In this document: positions 9,801-17,654 of the stretch, piece by piece | How the letters are laid out: every line of letters begins with the position of its first letter | Position numbering within the stretch: the stretch's first letter is position 1 | NCBI GenBank assembly: GCA_964513925.1 | Contig: CAZENR010000007.1 | Span: forward strand, 2,658 to 66,657 | DNA: 64,000 nt | Source of the DNA: an uncultured Candidatus Peribacteria bacterium | GTDB taxonomy: Bacteria > Patescibacteriota > Gracilibacteria > Peribacterales > Peribacteraceae | Reading direction: 5' to 3' | Program-made: the position numbers and the translations under genes | Notes under the pieces: model-generated | What the model was told of the DNA's origin: nothing | The model's database searches: none | The model's input: only the letters and a program-made list of their open reading frames with translations

Positions 9801-9948
9801 GCTTTTCCCGGAACCCTAAAATGTGGGCGATGATCATCGCCCTGGCGGTTTCATTACTTAAACCCGAAACAGTGAGATAGTGTTTCGCTGCGAGTAAGTC
9901 GGCCAACTCTCGGTGCGTGGCCGAGCCGATGAATAACGCGGGAATCAT
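6820..9948 (-). CDS. mfd: Transcription-repair coupling factor Mfd
   Basis: CarD/TRCF domain DYVVHMEHGIGRFEG. SF2 helicase motifs: Walker A VCGDVGFGKTEVAMRAAF, LLIIDEEQRFGV, TATPIPRTL, QLRGRVGRS. The ORF-track start 10020 is a TTG; first ATG is at 9948 (MIPALFIG...). Confidence 0.92.
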   Translation of the reverse strand: MIPALFIGSATHRELADLLAAKHYLTVSGLSNETARAMIIAHILGFREKPAIVLTEDASRAEGLLHWLQFFERDAFLVHFPEEECTSHDLGTVIRALRGDGIAIIDRATWERELPLFRELADACIEVRVGDEVDFTKFFSTLIDNGYSHSDHNELTPGEYRRTGDILDVFPVGQQEPVRISFGFGKVESITDSQKKATQASLVLYPLTWEKAASMQAQVPKETLLILDDQEGVIVKTGAEVLALTSFPESEAQHVHLRYLSVLKFYTLSDFINDVKDKLNQGWSLVVVTKRTEELVGILSEENITHTTEAESKPGLLTVVAAASDALLPHSLQNPDLKCALITDREIFSLRKEAKQRSVQRLALDFITSLQAGDYVVHMEHGIGRFEGMTQKEVDGLAREYLEITYAEGDKLFVPVDQADKLSKFVHEEGDEPVLTRLGSSEWKKVTKKVSEEAQKVARELLDIYAKRSKAKGHSFPGDTGDQHKFDQAFPYTETPGQMKAIEDIKRDMEGPHPMDRLVCGDVGFGKTEVAMRAAFKAVQGGRQVAFLSPITILADQHYRSLIKRMEGFNVRIEMLSRFRTAAEQKETLKRLASGKVDIVVGTHRLLQEDVQFHNLGLLIIDEEQRFGVKQKERMKQLRASVDILTLTATPIPRTLNLGLHKLRDITTITTPPPGRLPIISEVRKYSDGLIRDAIMKETSRGGQVYVLHNRVETIDAFAAKLKAIVPSATFVVTHGQLKPEVLEERILKFKSGEFQVLVSSTIIENGIDLPRANTLIVNEAEKFGLSQLYQLRGRVGRSSIQAYSYFLYHSQRLKDDAKKRLKAIVEASELGSGFQIAMRDLEIRGAGEILGASQSGNMQTVGVSHYLRLLKNAVEELKAGGHREEDDAGGSAEITLPFEALIPPYYIPDDEEKISVYQKLAGSEDEAMLQEFADDLQEEYGPLPKQVSNLLDVLRLKMACRRAGVLRVKTEGTRAGREIVLTLHPRVTANEIMQLLSKNTQWRISSQTLRLDEQVYLRDGAEWLPRLTAEVSALAKKQAKK

Positions 9949-10051
9949 ACGCGACTGCAAGTACCCAACTCTCCACACAGCGTGCGGAAAGGGGATATTG
10001 TTGAACCAAAACGATCGCAAACACTTCTTGTTTGCTCCTACGTACTGTACA

Positions 10052-11191
10052 TCATTCTTCCGTCATGCGCAACGGCATGATGAGGTGGAGGTAGTTTTTA
10101 TCTTCAGGGAGTTTGAAGACGGCCGGATGCATTTTATCCGATACCTCGATGTGCAGCTGATCGTCGGAAATACGTGAAAGGAAGTCGATCATGTAGTTCG
10201 AGCTGATGGCAATTTTATTCTCCTTACCCTCCACCTGGGCGTCGATGGTGGATTCATCTTTCCCAAGTTGGGTCTGCTTCGTGGTGAGGTGCACCGCACT
10301 CTTTTCTATAGTGAAAGTGATATTGTTATTTACCTCCTTGGCAAAGTAGTGCATGCGCTTTGCAGAGGTAAGTAGTTCGCGAGTGGAAAGGGTGACTGTG
10401 GTTGCCTTTTCTTTGGGAAGAACCTGAATGTAGTCCGGGAACTTGCCGTCAATTAACCGGCTGGTGAGTTTTGTATGGTGATACTGCGCCTCTATTTGTT
10501 GTGCGCTAAGGTTTATTTCCAGAACGTCGTCTTTCTTCTCCTTTGATTTATCGCCGTCATCTTGTTTATTGGAAATAATGCCCTTTAATTCTTCTAAGAA
10601 GCGTGCTGGAACAATACAAGTAACGTCCCCACTAAGACCATCTACGGGGATTTTATACTCCGACAGGCGATAGCTATCTGTACCAACTAAAATTAATTTT
10701 CCTTTTTCCAGGCGCATATACACACCGGAAATCACGGGCCTTGATGTGGTTTTAGCGCAAGCAAAGGTAACGAGGTTCAATGCACGTAGGAGTGGTGTAA
10801 CTGGAATATGTAATGCTGTTTCTTTTTGAATAGAGGTAATGACTGGGTATCCACTCGTTGCCTCGCCAGCAATAACCGCTTTGGCGTGTTTTGATTGTAG
10901 TTTCACCTGCGTTCCTTCACTAGTTTCCAAGAGAACTTTTTCGTCGCGGTTGTATTGTATGAAGTTGAGAATTGCTTTTGCGGGAATAGTGATTCCACCC
11001 TCATTCTCAATATCCACCTCAATACTGGTCACAACGGATAACTCCAAATTCGTGGCACTGAGTGTGCAGCGCTTTCCCTCTGCTTGTAGAAGAACATTTT
11101 GGAGAATAGGAAGAGTTTGATCACTTCCTATCGCCCTACTTACTAAATGTAATGCATTTAGTAATTCCTGTGTTTTGCATGAGAACTTCAT
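10052..11191 (-). CDS. dnaN: DNA polymerase III beta sliding clamp
   Basis: MKFSCKTQELLNALHLVSRAIGSDQTLPILQNVLLQAEG... has a typical DnaN N-terminus and length. ORF-track start 11203 is a TTG that I read as the -10 element; ATG at 11191. The gene is visibly AT-richer than its neighbours. Confidence 0.9.
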   Translation of the reverse strand: MKFSCKTQELLNALHLVSRAIGSDQTLPILQNVLLQAEGKRCTLSATNLELSVVTSIEVDIENEGGITIPAKAILNFIQYNRDEKVLLETSEGTQVKLQSKHAKAVIAGEATSGYPVITSIQKETALHIPVTPLLRALNLVTFACAKTTSRPVISGVYMRLEKGKLILVGTDSYRLSEYKIPVDGLSGDVTCIVPARFLEELKGIISNKQDDGDKSKEKKDDVLEINLSAQQIEAQYHHTKLTSRLIDGKFPDYIQVLPKEKATTVTLSTRELLTSAKRMHYFAKEVNNNITFTIEKSAVHLTTKQTQLGKDESTIDAQVEGKENKIAISSNYMIDFLSRISDDQLHIEVSDKMHPAVFKLPEDKNYLHLIMPLRMTEE

Positions 11192-11197
11192 GAATTC

Positions 11198-11226
11198 ATT
11201 CAAGTAGAATTTCCTTACTCAATCAA
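11198..11226 (-). promoter_or_regulatory. Candidate dnaN promoter, apparently leaderless
   Basis: Minus strand TTGATT-17 nt-TTGAAT-GAATTC-ATG, i.e. only 6 nt between the -10 and the ATG. Confidence 0.4.
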
Positions 11227-11576
11227 GGGCAGATTTTGGCTTTTTATTGAAGAAAAGTTAAAAAAGTAATTATCAAAAATTCGTAGTAATCATAGGGGAT
11301 TGAGCTTGAGAGGGGTTTCTGGTGTAACCCATAGGAAACCCCCGGAAGAGTAGGAATTGTACTCTGTAAGAATTTGGCTTATGAAAGCCATTTACTATGT
11401 CAATGTGGACAACTTTTGTGTGAGGAATGAGTGTGGATATGATGTGGAAAACTCATCCATGTTTGGCTTCAAATCGTCATTCCCTGGCGTTCATTCCCCA
11501 TAGCGAAATATCCTTTGGGGATGTGGAATGCATCCGAGTCTTCGGGGAAGGCCACGAAAGGCGCTTTCCACATTTC
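11204..11576. other. Candidate oriC-like region: DnaA-box cluster plus AT-rich tract
   Basis: Three 9-mers, each 1 mismatch from TGTGGATAA (reverse complement of TTATCCACA), in the same orientation within 48 bp: TGTGGACAA 11404-11412, TGTGGATAT 11432-11440, TGTGGAAAA 11443-11451. Weaker TGTGGA/TCCACA cores at ~11522 and ~11564. A ~55-bp tract of very low GC at ~11235-11292 (tttggctttttattgaagaaaagttaaaaaagtaattatcaaaaattcgtagtaatcat). Confidence 0.4.
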
Positions 11577-12875
11577 CTACATTTTTTTCTTGAATTTCTC
11601 ACGGTCCATCGGAGCACTGGATGCACTTTTATTTGGTCGGACATCCAATAATGCCGTCGCTTTTACAAATGAATTATCGGGTATGTCCTGAGCGACCAGT
11701 AAATTCGATCCGATAAAACTGGAGGCGCCAATCTTCATACCAGGACTGATGCAGGTGTGGATGCCCGTGCGCACATTGCGGCCGATTGCCGTACCGAACT
11801 TATCCAAGCCTGTGGCAACAGGCTCCCCCTTTACAACGGAAGAGATTTCCCCCTCATCCAGCCGCAAGTTGCCGGTAGTCGTGCCGGCGCCAAAGGAAAC
11901 GTTGCTATCGATAACCGAGTCACCTACGTAGCTGCTGTGCGTCCATACATCGTCTCCTAAAACCGACCGAACCACTTCCGTGTTGTAGCCAATGACGCAA
12001 CGCCTACCTATCGAGCTGCCGCGCACCAGCGCATTGTTACCGATAATGGTTCCAGCGCCGATATAGCACGGACCAATCACGCTGGCGTGCGGCAGAATCC
12101 GCACACCTTCCTCCAGTACGACCTTTCCCTCCACGACCGCGGTTTTATGCACCTTGGCGCGGCGATGGCTCTTCTTGCGCATATCTGCAAGCAATAGTGG
12201 CAGCAACGCCAACATATGCCATGGGTATTTGACCGCCTGCCAAGAGCCTTCGTATGCAACAGCCTCATACACACCCTCGGCGCATAACTCATTCAGCGCC
12301 ACTTCATATCCATCATCTTTCGTGTGCTTTACCCGCGACAAGGCGTCGAACAACACGCCGGCGTTTCGGTGCACATGTGCAACCAAATTCACCAAATCAC
12401 TGGGTTCATTGCCTGCCCCGGGCTTTTCGACAATGCCGCGAATACGCCCCTCGCTTACAGTCAAATATCCTCCAGGGAAATATCGCTGCACCTTGCGTGC
12501 CAGAAGAAGCCCGTCGCAGCGCTTGCTCTTGGTAAAACGCTTGAGTAAAGAGCGGTAGGCCTTTGGCTCCACGACATCGTTCCCGCTGACAATCATTACC
12601 GGTTCGGCGCCGCAGAACGGCAGTGCCGACAGCAAGGCTCCGCGCATACCCAAGGACAAATCCGCTTGTTCGATGATTTTATATTCAGGGAACATGCCGC
12701 GCAGCGCGTCCATATTGTGCGCGCCACCTACAAGCACGATATCCGAACAGCCTCCTTCCAACAGGCGCTCTACCTGGTGTTGCAACAAGGCCTGGCCGGC
12801 AACACGCCATTGGTTTTTATCGCTCAGCGGCCAAAAACGAGTGGATCTGCCGGCGACAATAAGGAGGGCTCGCAT
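11577..12875 (-). CDS. GlmU-like bifunctional sugar-phosphate nucleotidyltransferase / hexapeptide-repeat acyltransferase
   Basis: N-terminus MRALLIVAGRSTRFWP (nucleotidyltransferase G-x-G-x-R-type loop). C-terminal left-handed beta-helix hexapeptide repeats (IGAGTIIGNNALVRGSSIGRRCVIGYNTEVVRSVLGDDVW...). Confidence 0.7.
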   Translation of the reverse strand: MRALLIVAGRSTRFWPLSDKNQWRVAGQALLQHQVERLLEGGCSDIVLVGGAHNMDALRGMFPEYKIIEQADLSLGMRGALLSALPFCGAEPVMIVSGNDVVEPKAYRSLLKRFTKSKRCDGLLLARKVQRYFPGGYLTVSEGRIRGIVEKPGAGNEPSDLVNLVAHVHRNAGVLFDALSRVKHTKDDGYEVALNELCAEGVYEAVAYEGSWQAVKYPWHMLALLPLLLADMRKKSHRRAKVHKTAVVEGKVVLEEGVRILPHASVIGPCYIGAGTIIGNNALVRGSSIGRRCVIGYNTEVVRSVLGDDVWTHSSYVGDSVIDSNVSFGAGTTTGNLRLDEGEISSVVKGEPVATGLDKFGTAIGRNVRTGIHTCISPGMKIGASSFIGSNLLVAQDIPDNSFVKATALLDVRPNKSASSAPMDREKFKKKM

Positions 12876-12919
12876 AGAAAGTCACATAGACTATACCGGA
12901 AACCGTCCAAGCGCGAGGC

Positions 12920-13771
12920 CTAGTTCAGTACCAATGAAATCGTGCCTAGCGTGTCGGTACGCAATACCCGCGCTTCCATAGACGCTAACCTGGCGAGAGT
13001 TTCTGAATGTGGGTGACCATAGGTATTCCCTGTTCCCGAAGAAATGATTACGGTTTTCGCCCCTACCGCAGCCAAGAATGCAGGCGTCGAAGAATCTCTG
13101 CTGCCGTGGTGCCCCACCTTCAGCACCTCGGCTCGCAGGTCTGCGCCTGCGGCCAGCAAGGCGCGTTCGGCGGTTTTTTCAGCATCACCCGTAAACAGCA
13201 CCGCATGTCCCCGCACTCGCAACTTCGCAACAACCGATGCGGCGTTGACATCTTTTACCGCAAGTCCGACGGCTCCGGGCGGAGGCCACAGCACATCCAA
13301 TACAGCGCCACTTTCCAGTTGGATGTGGCGTTGGCGGATATCTGTCACCGGCACTCCCCGCTCCTGCAGCGCGTTTGCGAACGCGGCGTAGCGTCCAGAT
13401 GCGTACGGCGTGCGCGCAAGCAGCACCATGCCGACGTCGTACCGCTTCACCAGCTCGGGGAGGCTGGCCACGTGGTCTAAGTGCGGGTGCGTTAGCACCA
13501 ACAGGTCGATGCGCCTGCGAAAGAACGGCGTGTGACTGCCGATCGCCGATAGTGCGGACCAATCTGGGCCACCGTCGATCACGATCGTGGTGCCAAACGG
13601 CAGCACTACCAGAGCCGCATCGCCTTGTCCGACATCCAAGAAATGGAGGTGTAAACGGCCATCTGGCTGCAGCGACCACTCCCTCCACCCCAGCAGCAAC
13701 GCAAACGCTATGGCACATGCCGCCAATACGATGCGTCCGCAAAAACGAGGAAGATGCTTGCCCGTGGTCAT
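12920..13771 (-). CDS. ComEC/Rec2-type metallo-beta-lactamase domain protein (single N-terminal TM, no channel domain)
   Basis: HLHFLDVGQGDAALV, LLVLTHPHLDHVASL (HxHxDH), FTGDAE, KVGHHGSRDSS, TYGHPH. ORF-track start 13777 is a TTG; ATG at 13771. Confidence 0.75.
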   Translation of the reverse strand: MTTGKHLPRFCGRIVLAACAIAFALLLGWREWSLQPDGRLHLHFLDVGQGDAALVVLPFGTTIVIDGGPDWSALSAIGSHTPFFRRRIDLLVLTHPHLDHVASLPELVKRYDVGMVLLARTPYASGRYAAFANALQERGVPVTDIRQRHIQLESGAVLDVLWPPPGAVGLAVKDVNAASVVAKLRVRGHAVLFTGDAEKTAERALLAAGADLRAEVLKVGHHGSRDSSTPAFLAAVGAKTVIISSGTGNTYGHPHSETLARLASMEARVLRTDTLGTISLVLN

Positions 13772-13780
13772 GCCCAAACA

Positions 13781-15118
13781 CTACACCGTGCGCTTGCGGC
13801 GCAAGCGGCGAGCTGCCGCCACACCGGAGACCGCGGCAATACCCAAAAGACCCAGTCCGGATTCGGGCAACGTTACGACATTCTGAATTCCTGTAGAGCG
13901 GTTACCCGCGCGGTCGAAGGCACTGACGCGAACGCCGAATATGCCTGGCTCTAAGCGGGAATACTGCACGGAACGCTGGTTCGCGTCGGTCGTGGAACTT
14001 GGCACGTACGAAGAGCCGTCCTGGCTGATCGCGACCATATATCCCTGTAAGTCGCGGGCGGTATCCGGGCTTCCGCGCCACTCGGCGGTGACGTTGTAGG
14101 TTCCATCGGAGCGGAGAACGGGTTGCAAGCGCAAGCTGGCCGGGTTTTCCGGTGCCACGGTGTCTCCATATTGCGCCTGTTGTCCGCCCATAACATTTCC
14201 CTGACTGCGGTTGCGCAGCAAATCCAAAAACGTAGCCGTCCCCGCAACAGCTGTGTTGGTGGCCAGGTACGGGTTGCGACCGTACACCTCGGCTGCGGCG
14301 GTGCTTACCGAGCTGCTGGATGCTTCTTGTGACGAAGACGATGCGCTCGATTCCACCGCTTGCTCAGTTGCGACACCGGTGAACCGTGCCTGCGGAGCGG
14401 AACCGTCGATGTATGCGCCATCTTGTCCGGTAATGCGCTGCAGTACGCCCAGGATGTACGTACGTCCGCTCGTTTGGTCGGCTGTGGTAAGGGTGACCGC
14501 GGCTCCGTCCTTTGCATAGTCCTTTACCTCAAGAATGCCGCCGTTTTCATCGACGACAATAAAGAAGCCCGGGCCGAACTCCTGCGAGTCCGCAATGGGC
14601 TGCGAGAATGTGACAGTCACCTTATTAGCTTCGCGCGCCTCTACAGACGCGATGGTCATGCTCTTCTGAGCGGCTGCCTCCGCCTCAGGATTGGCGGGCT
14701 CCGTTTCGGTCGGCTGCTGGGTAACAGCGGGCGCGTCTTCCGAAGGCAGTTCCACGCGAGCCTCTACTTCGAACGCCTCGCTCTCAATACCCGAAGTATT
14801 CACTGCCAATACCGACACATACAGCGCCTGTCCCGGGTAGGGGAAGCGAGGGAATTCGTAACGGGTACCCTCGTCCGACGTCTGCTCAAAATCGTCGTAG
14901 TTTCCATCGTTTTCGAGAATCGATTCTCGGCTGTAGTACACGCGGTACGAGGCAATGCCAGCTTCATCCGAAGCGGCGTCCCACTCCACAACCAATTTGC
15001 CGTTTTCCACCTTGGCATCCACCCGCGTAACGTTGGACGGCATCCCTGCAGCGAATACAGAACCTGCGGCAAGTACGCCGAGGGCTACCAAACCGATGCG
15101 CATATGTGTGTTGAACAT
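13781..15118 (-). CDS. Secreted fibronectin-III-like surface protein with C-terminal sorting-signal-like tail
   Basis: Start trimmed from 15670 to ATG 15118 (MFNTHMRIGLVALGVLAAGSVFAAG, a signal peptide), which removes the overlap with the flippase. FN3-like segments (KLVVEWDAASDEAGIASYRVYYS...; NVTAEWRGSPDTARDLQGYMVAIS...). Ser-rich linker. C-terminus LPESG-LGLLGIAAVSGVAAA-RRLRRKRTV. Confidence 0.7.
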   Translation of the reverse strand: MFNTHMRIGLVALGVLAAGSVFAAGMPSNVTRVDAKVENGKLVVEWDAASDEAGIASYRVYYSRESILENDGNYDDFEQTSDEGTRYEFPRFPYPGQALYVSVLAVNTSGIESEAFEVEARVELPSEDAPAVTQQPTETEPANPEAEAAAQKSMTIASVEAREANKVTVTFSQPIADSQEFGPGFFIVVDENGGILEVKDYAKDGAAVTLTTADQTSGRTYILGVLQRITGQDGAYIDGSAPQARFTGVATEQAVESSASSSSQEASSSSVSTAAAEVYGRNPYLATNTAVAGTATFLDLLRNRSQGNVMGGQQAQYGDTVAPENPASLRLQPVLRSDGTYNVTAEWRGSPDTARDLQGYMVAISQDGSSYVPSSTTDANQRSVQYSRLEPGIFGVRVSAFDRAGNRSTGIQNVVTLPESGLGLLGIAAVSGVAAARRLRRKRTV

Positions 15119-15159
15119 TTCTCCCCAGTGTACCACAAAATGCGTTTTCAGACAAGCAG

Positions 15160-16641
15160 CTAGCCTTCCAGGCAACTGCGTCGCAGGCCCGTTATTTGCA
15201 GCAAGGCAACCAGTACAACCCCCATTCCCACAAGCGCCAATGCCGTAGCAAGTCCGTCGGAAAGCATGGGGCGCAACGCAGCGAGCATGACCCCAAGCAA
15301 CAGCGTAAACAGGCCTAATTGCAGCCAGTACCGCAGCGGGAACCGTGCAGGCAGTCGGCGCAGGGCCTGCGGCAGCAACAAACAGGCCAGTACTACATGC
15401 ACGACGACCGACGTTGTCGCAGCACCGATAAAGCCCCACTGCGGGATAAGCACCACGTTCATCCCCAGTGCCAGCACCACGCCGCAGCACATGCTGGCGA
15501 CTAGCGGCTTCCAGGCGTGCTTGGTAAGCATGGAGTAGAACCCAAACAAGATGAGCCCGTTGCAGAACATGGGCACGCTCAAGATGAGCAGTGCGGTGTC
15601 GGACCCGGCGCGCCCGCCTTGCGAAAGGTACGCTTCCGTTGTTAGTAAGTCGGTAAGCGGCCGCGACCATAATGCGGCGAACAAGAGCGAAATGATGCCG
15701 ATAATAAGCACGATGAGCAGCGTCTTTCCAAGCAGGGCACGAGTGTCTTCCCCCTGCGCATCACGCTCGCTGAGCATGGGTAATGTCGAGTTTAGCAAGA
15801 ACGTCGGAAGCAGGTACGCCATGTCCATCATGCGCTGTACGAAGCCGTAGTATGCGTTCTGTAGCTCGTAGTCCTGACGGAGTAGTGCGATAAGCGCGAC
15901 GTCGAATTGGCGGTAGAGCGCCACGCACAAAAACGCGATGCCGTACGGCGCTGCTTTTCTGAGTAGCGAGCGCAACAACACGGGGTCCCAACAGGGTCGA
16001 ACGCACGCGATGTCACGGCTGAACGCCAGCGACAACACCAGCAGCACCAATGCGCCAAAACCGCCAATACCCAAAAATGCGAAACATACGCGTACATCGG
16101 ACGTCTGGCGCACGCCCATGAAGATAAATGAGCCAATCAACGAGACGGTGATCACGCGCTGCGTCACCTCCGCAATAAATACGTATTGCATGCGGTAGTG
16201 CACCTGGAACACCGTGCGGATAACACCTGCCAACAGCGTGAATCCCGGTACGAACGCAGCGATGCCCACCGCAAGAGGCAGCGCGTCTCCACGCCACATC
16301 GGCACCAGCCATGCAATCACAACCGCACTGCCAAGCGATAGCGCCAAAATAAGCACACGCAATACAATCAGTGCACCAAGCACATGATCCTTGTCCCGGG
16401 CACGACTCACTTCGCGTACGGCGACCGCGTACAGGCCAAAATCCGCAAGGATCCCGAAAATCTGCAGGTAGCCGTATGCCGAGTTGTATGTTCCCGCCAA
16501 CTCCTTCGTCAGTCCTATCGCCACGAACTTCACGGTGATAATGGAGAGGCCTGCCATGACGATTTGGCTGGCGAATTGCCACAACGTGGAACTTGCTATG
16601 GCGCGGGTCTGGCCGCCTGCGGGTGCTGTGCGCGAAGACAT
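15160..16641 (-). CDS. wzx: Polysaccharide/oligosaccharide flippase (Wzx / MOP superfamily)
   Basis: About 490 aa, about 12-14 hydrophobic segments, overall pattern of polysaccharide-biosynthesis (PST) flippases. Start trimmed to ATG 16641 so it no longer overlaps divergent pyrB. Confidence 0.7.
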   Translation of the reverse strand: MSSRTAPAGGQTRAIASSTLWQFASQIVMAGLSIITVKFVAIGLTKELAGTYNSAYGYLQIFGILADFGLYAVAVREVSRARDKDHVLGALIVLRVLILALSLGSAVVIAWLVPMWRGDALPLAVGIAAFVPGFTLLAGVIRTVFQVHYRMQYVFIAEVTQRVITVSLIGSFIFMGVRQTSDVRVCFAFLGIGGFGALVLLVLSLAFSRDIACVRPCWDPVLLRSLLRKAAPYGIAFLCVALYRQFDVALIALLRQDYELQNAYYGFVQRMMDMAYLLPTFLLNSTLPMLSERDAQGEDTRALLGKTLLIVLIIGIISLLFAALWSRPLTDLLTTEAYLSQGGRAGSDTALLILSVPMFCNGLILFGFYSMLTKHAWKPLVASMCCGVVLALGMNVVLIPQWGFIGAATTSVVVHVVLACLLLPQALRRLPARFPLRYWLQLGLFTLLLGVMLAALRPMLSDGLATALALVGMGVVLVALLQITGLRRSCLEG

Positions 16642-16689
16642 CGCACAGCAGTGTAGCGGAAGCGCGATCCAGAAAAGCGACCCCGTTGT

Positions 16690-16718
16690 TTGACTTTCCC
16701 CTTCGGGCTTCGTATCTT
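16690..16718 (+). promoter_or_regulatory. Candidate pyrB promoter
   Basis: TTGACT-17 nt-TATCTT, about 15 nt upstream of ATG 16734. Confidence 0.4.
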
Positions 16719-16733
16719 CCGGTATAGAAACAT

Positions 16734-17654
16734 ATGCCATTCAACTTCAACCACCTTACGTCCACCAAGCAGCTCACCAGAGCCGACACGGACGCAGTTT
16801 TGTCAGTTGCCGAGCGCATGGCCAAAATTCGCGACAGCGGGAAGCCATGCGATTTGCTCAAGGGTAAAATTCTTGCGGCATTGTTTTACGAGCCATCCAC
16901 GCGCACCCGCTTAAGCTTTGAGTCGGCCATGCAGCGACTTGGTGGTGCAGTCATTTCCGCAGAAGGAGTGCAATTCAGCTCGCTGTACAAAGGGGAAACA
17001 ATCGAAGACACCATCCGCATGGCCAGTGCGTACGCCGACATTATCGCCATGCGCCACCCGCAGCAGGGCAGTGCCGACCAAGCTGCAGCCGTGGCCACCG
17101 TGCCGTTCATCAATGCCGGAGACGGGCCGGGCCAACATCCTACACAAGCGCTCCTCGACCTTTTCACCATCCAGCGCGAACGCGGCAAGTTGGATGGCAT
17201 CCACATCACCATGGTAGGAGACCTGCGCTACGGCCGCACCGTTCATTCCCTGAGCTACGTGCTGGGCTTGTACAAGAACGTCACGTTTACGCTCGTGTCG
17301 CCCAAAGAGCTCACCATGCCGGAGAAGGTCACGAGCTTCCTGCGCGAAAAGAACATCGCGTTCACGGAGACCGACGACATTCACCAGGGAACCAAGGCCG
17401 ACATCATTTACATGACGCGCGTTCAACAAGAGCGCTTCTCGGACAAGAGCGAGTACGAGCGCCTGAAGCTGAAATACATTCTTACAGCCGACATGCTGAA
17501 AGGCAGTAAAGCAACGGTCATGCACCCGCTGCCACGCGTCGGAGAAATAGCAACCGACGTGGATGCTCTGCCGAATGCAGGCTACTTCCGTCAGGCGGCC
17601 AATGGCGTGCCCGTACGCATGGCCCTGCTGGCCATGCTCTTAAAAGCTGCATGA
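16734..17654 (+). CDS. pyrB: Aspartate carbamoyltransferase catalytic subunit
   Basis: FYEPSTRTRLSFE (carbamoyl-phosphate site), HPTQALLD, HPLPR. Confidence 0.95.
   Translation: MPFNFNHLTSTKQLTRADTDAVLSVAERMAKIRDSGKPCDLLKGKILAALFYEPSTRTRLSFESAMQRLGGAVISAEGVQFSSLYKGETIEDTIRMASAYADIIAMRHPQQGSADQAAAVATVPFINAGDGPGQHPTQALLDLFTIQRERGKLDGIHITMVGDLRYGRTVHSLSYVLGLYKNVTFTLVSPKELTMPEKVTSFLREKNIAFTETDDIHQGTKADIIYMTRVQQERFSDKSEYERLKLKYILTADMLKGSKATVMHPLPRVGEIATDVDALPNAGYFRQAANGVPVRMALLAMLLKAA

Noticed and set aside
13781-15670. Full 629-aa ORF as given in the track, plus the many 60-270-aa ORFs overlapping 13000-16900 on both strands
   Set aside because: The first ~180 codons overlap the flippase gene and are Arg/Ala/Cys-rich. 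A clean ATG plus signal peptide at 15118 gives a coherent secreted protein. The other ORFs are antisense or alternative-frame shadows of well-supported genes.
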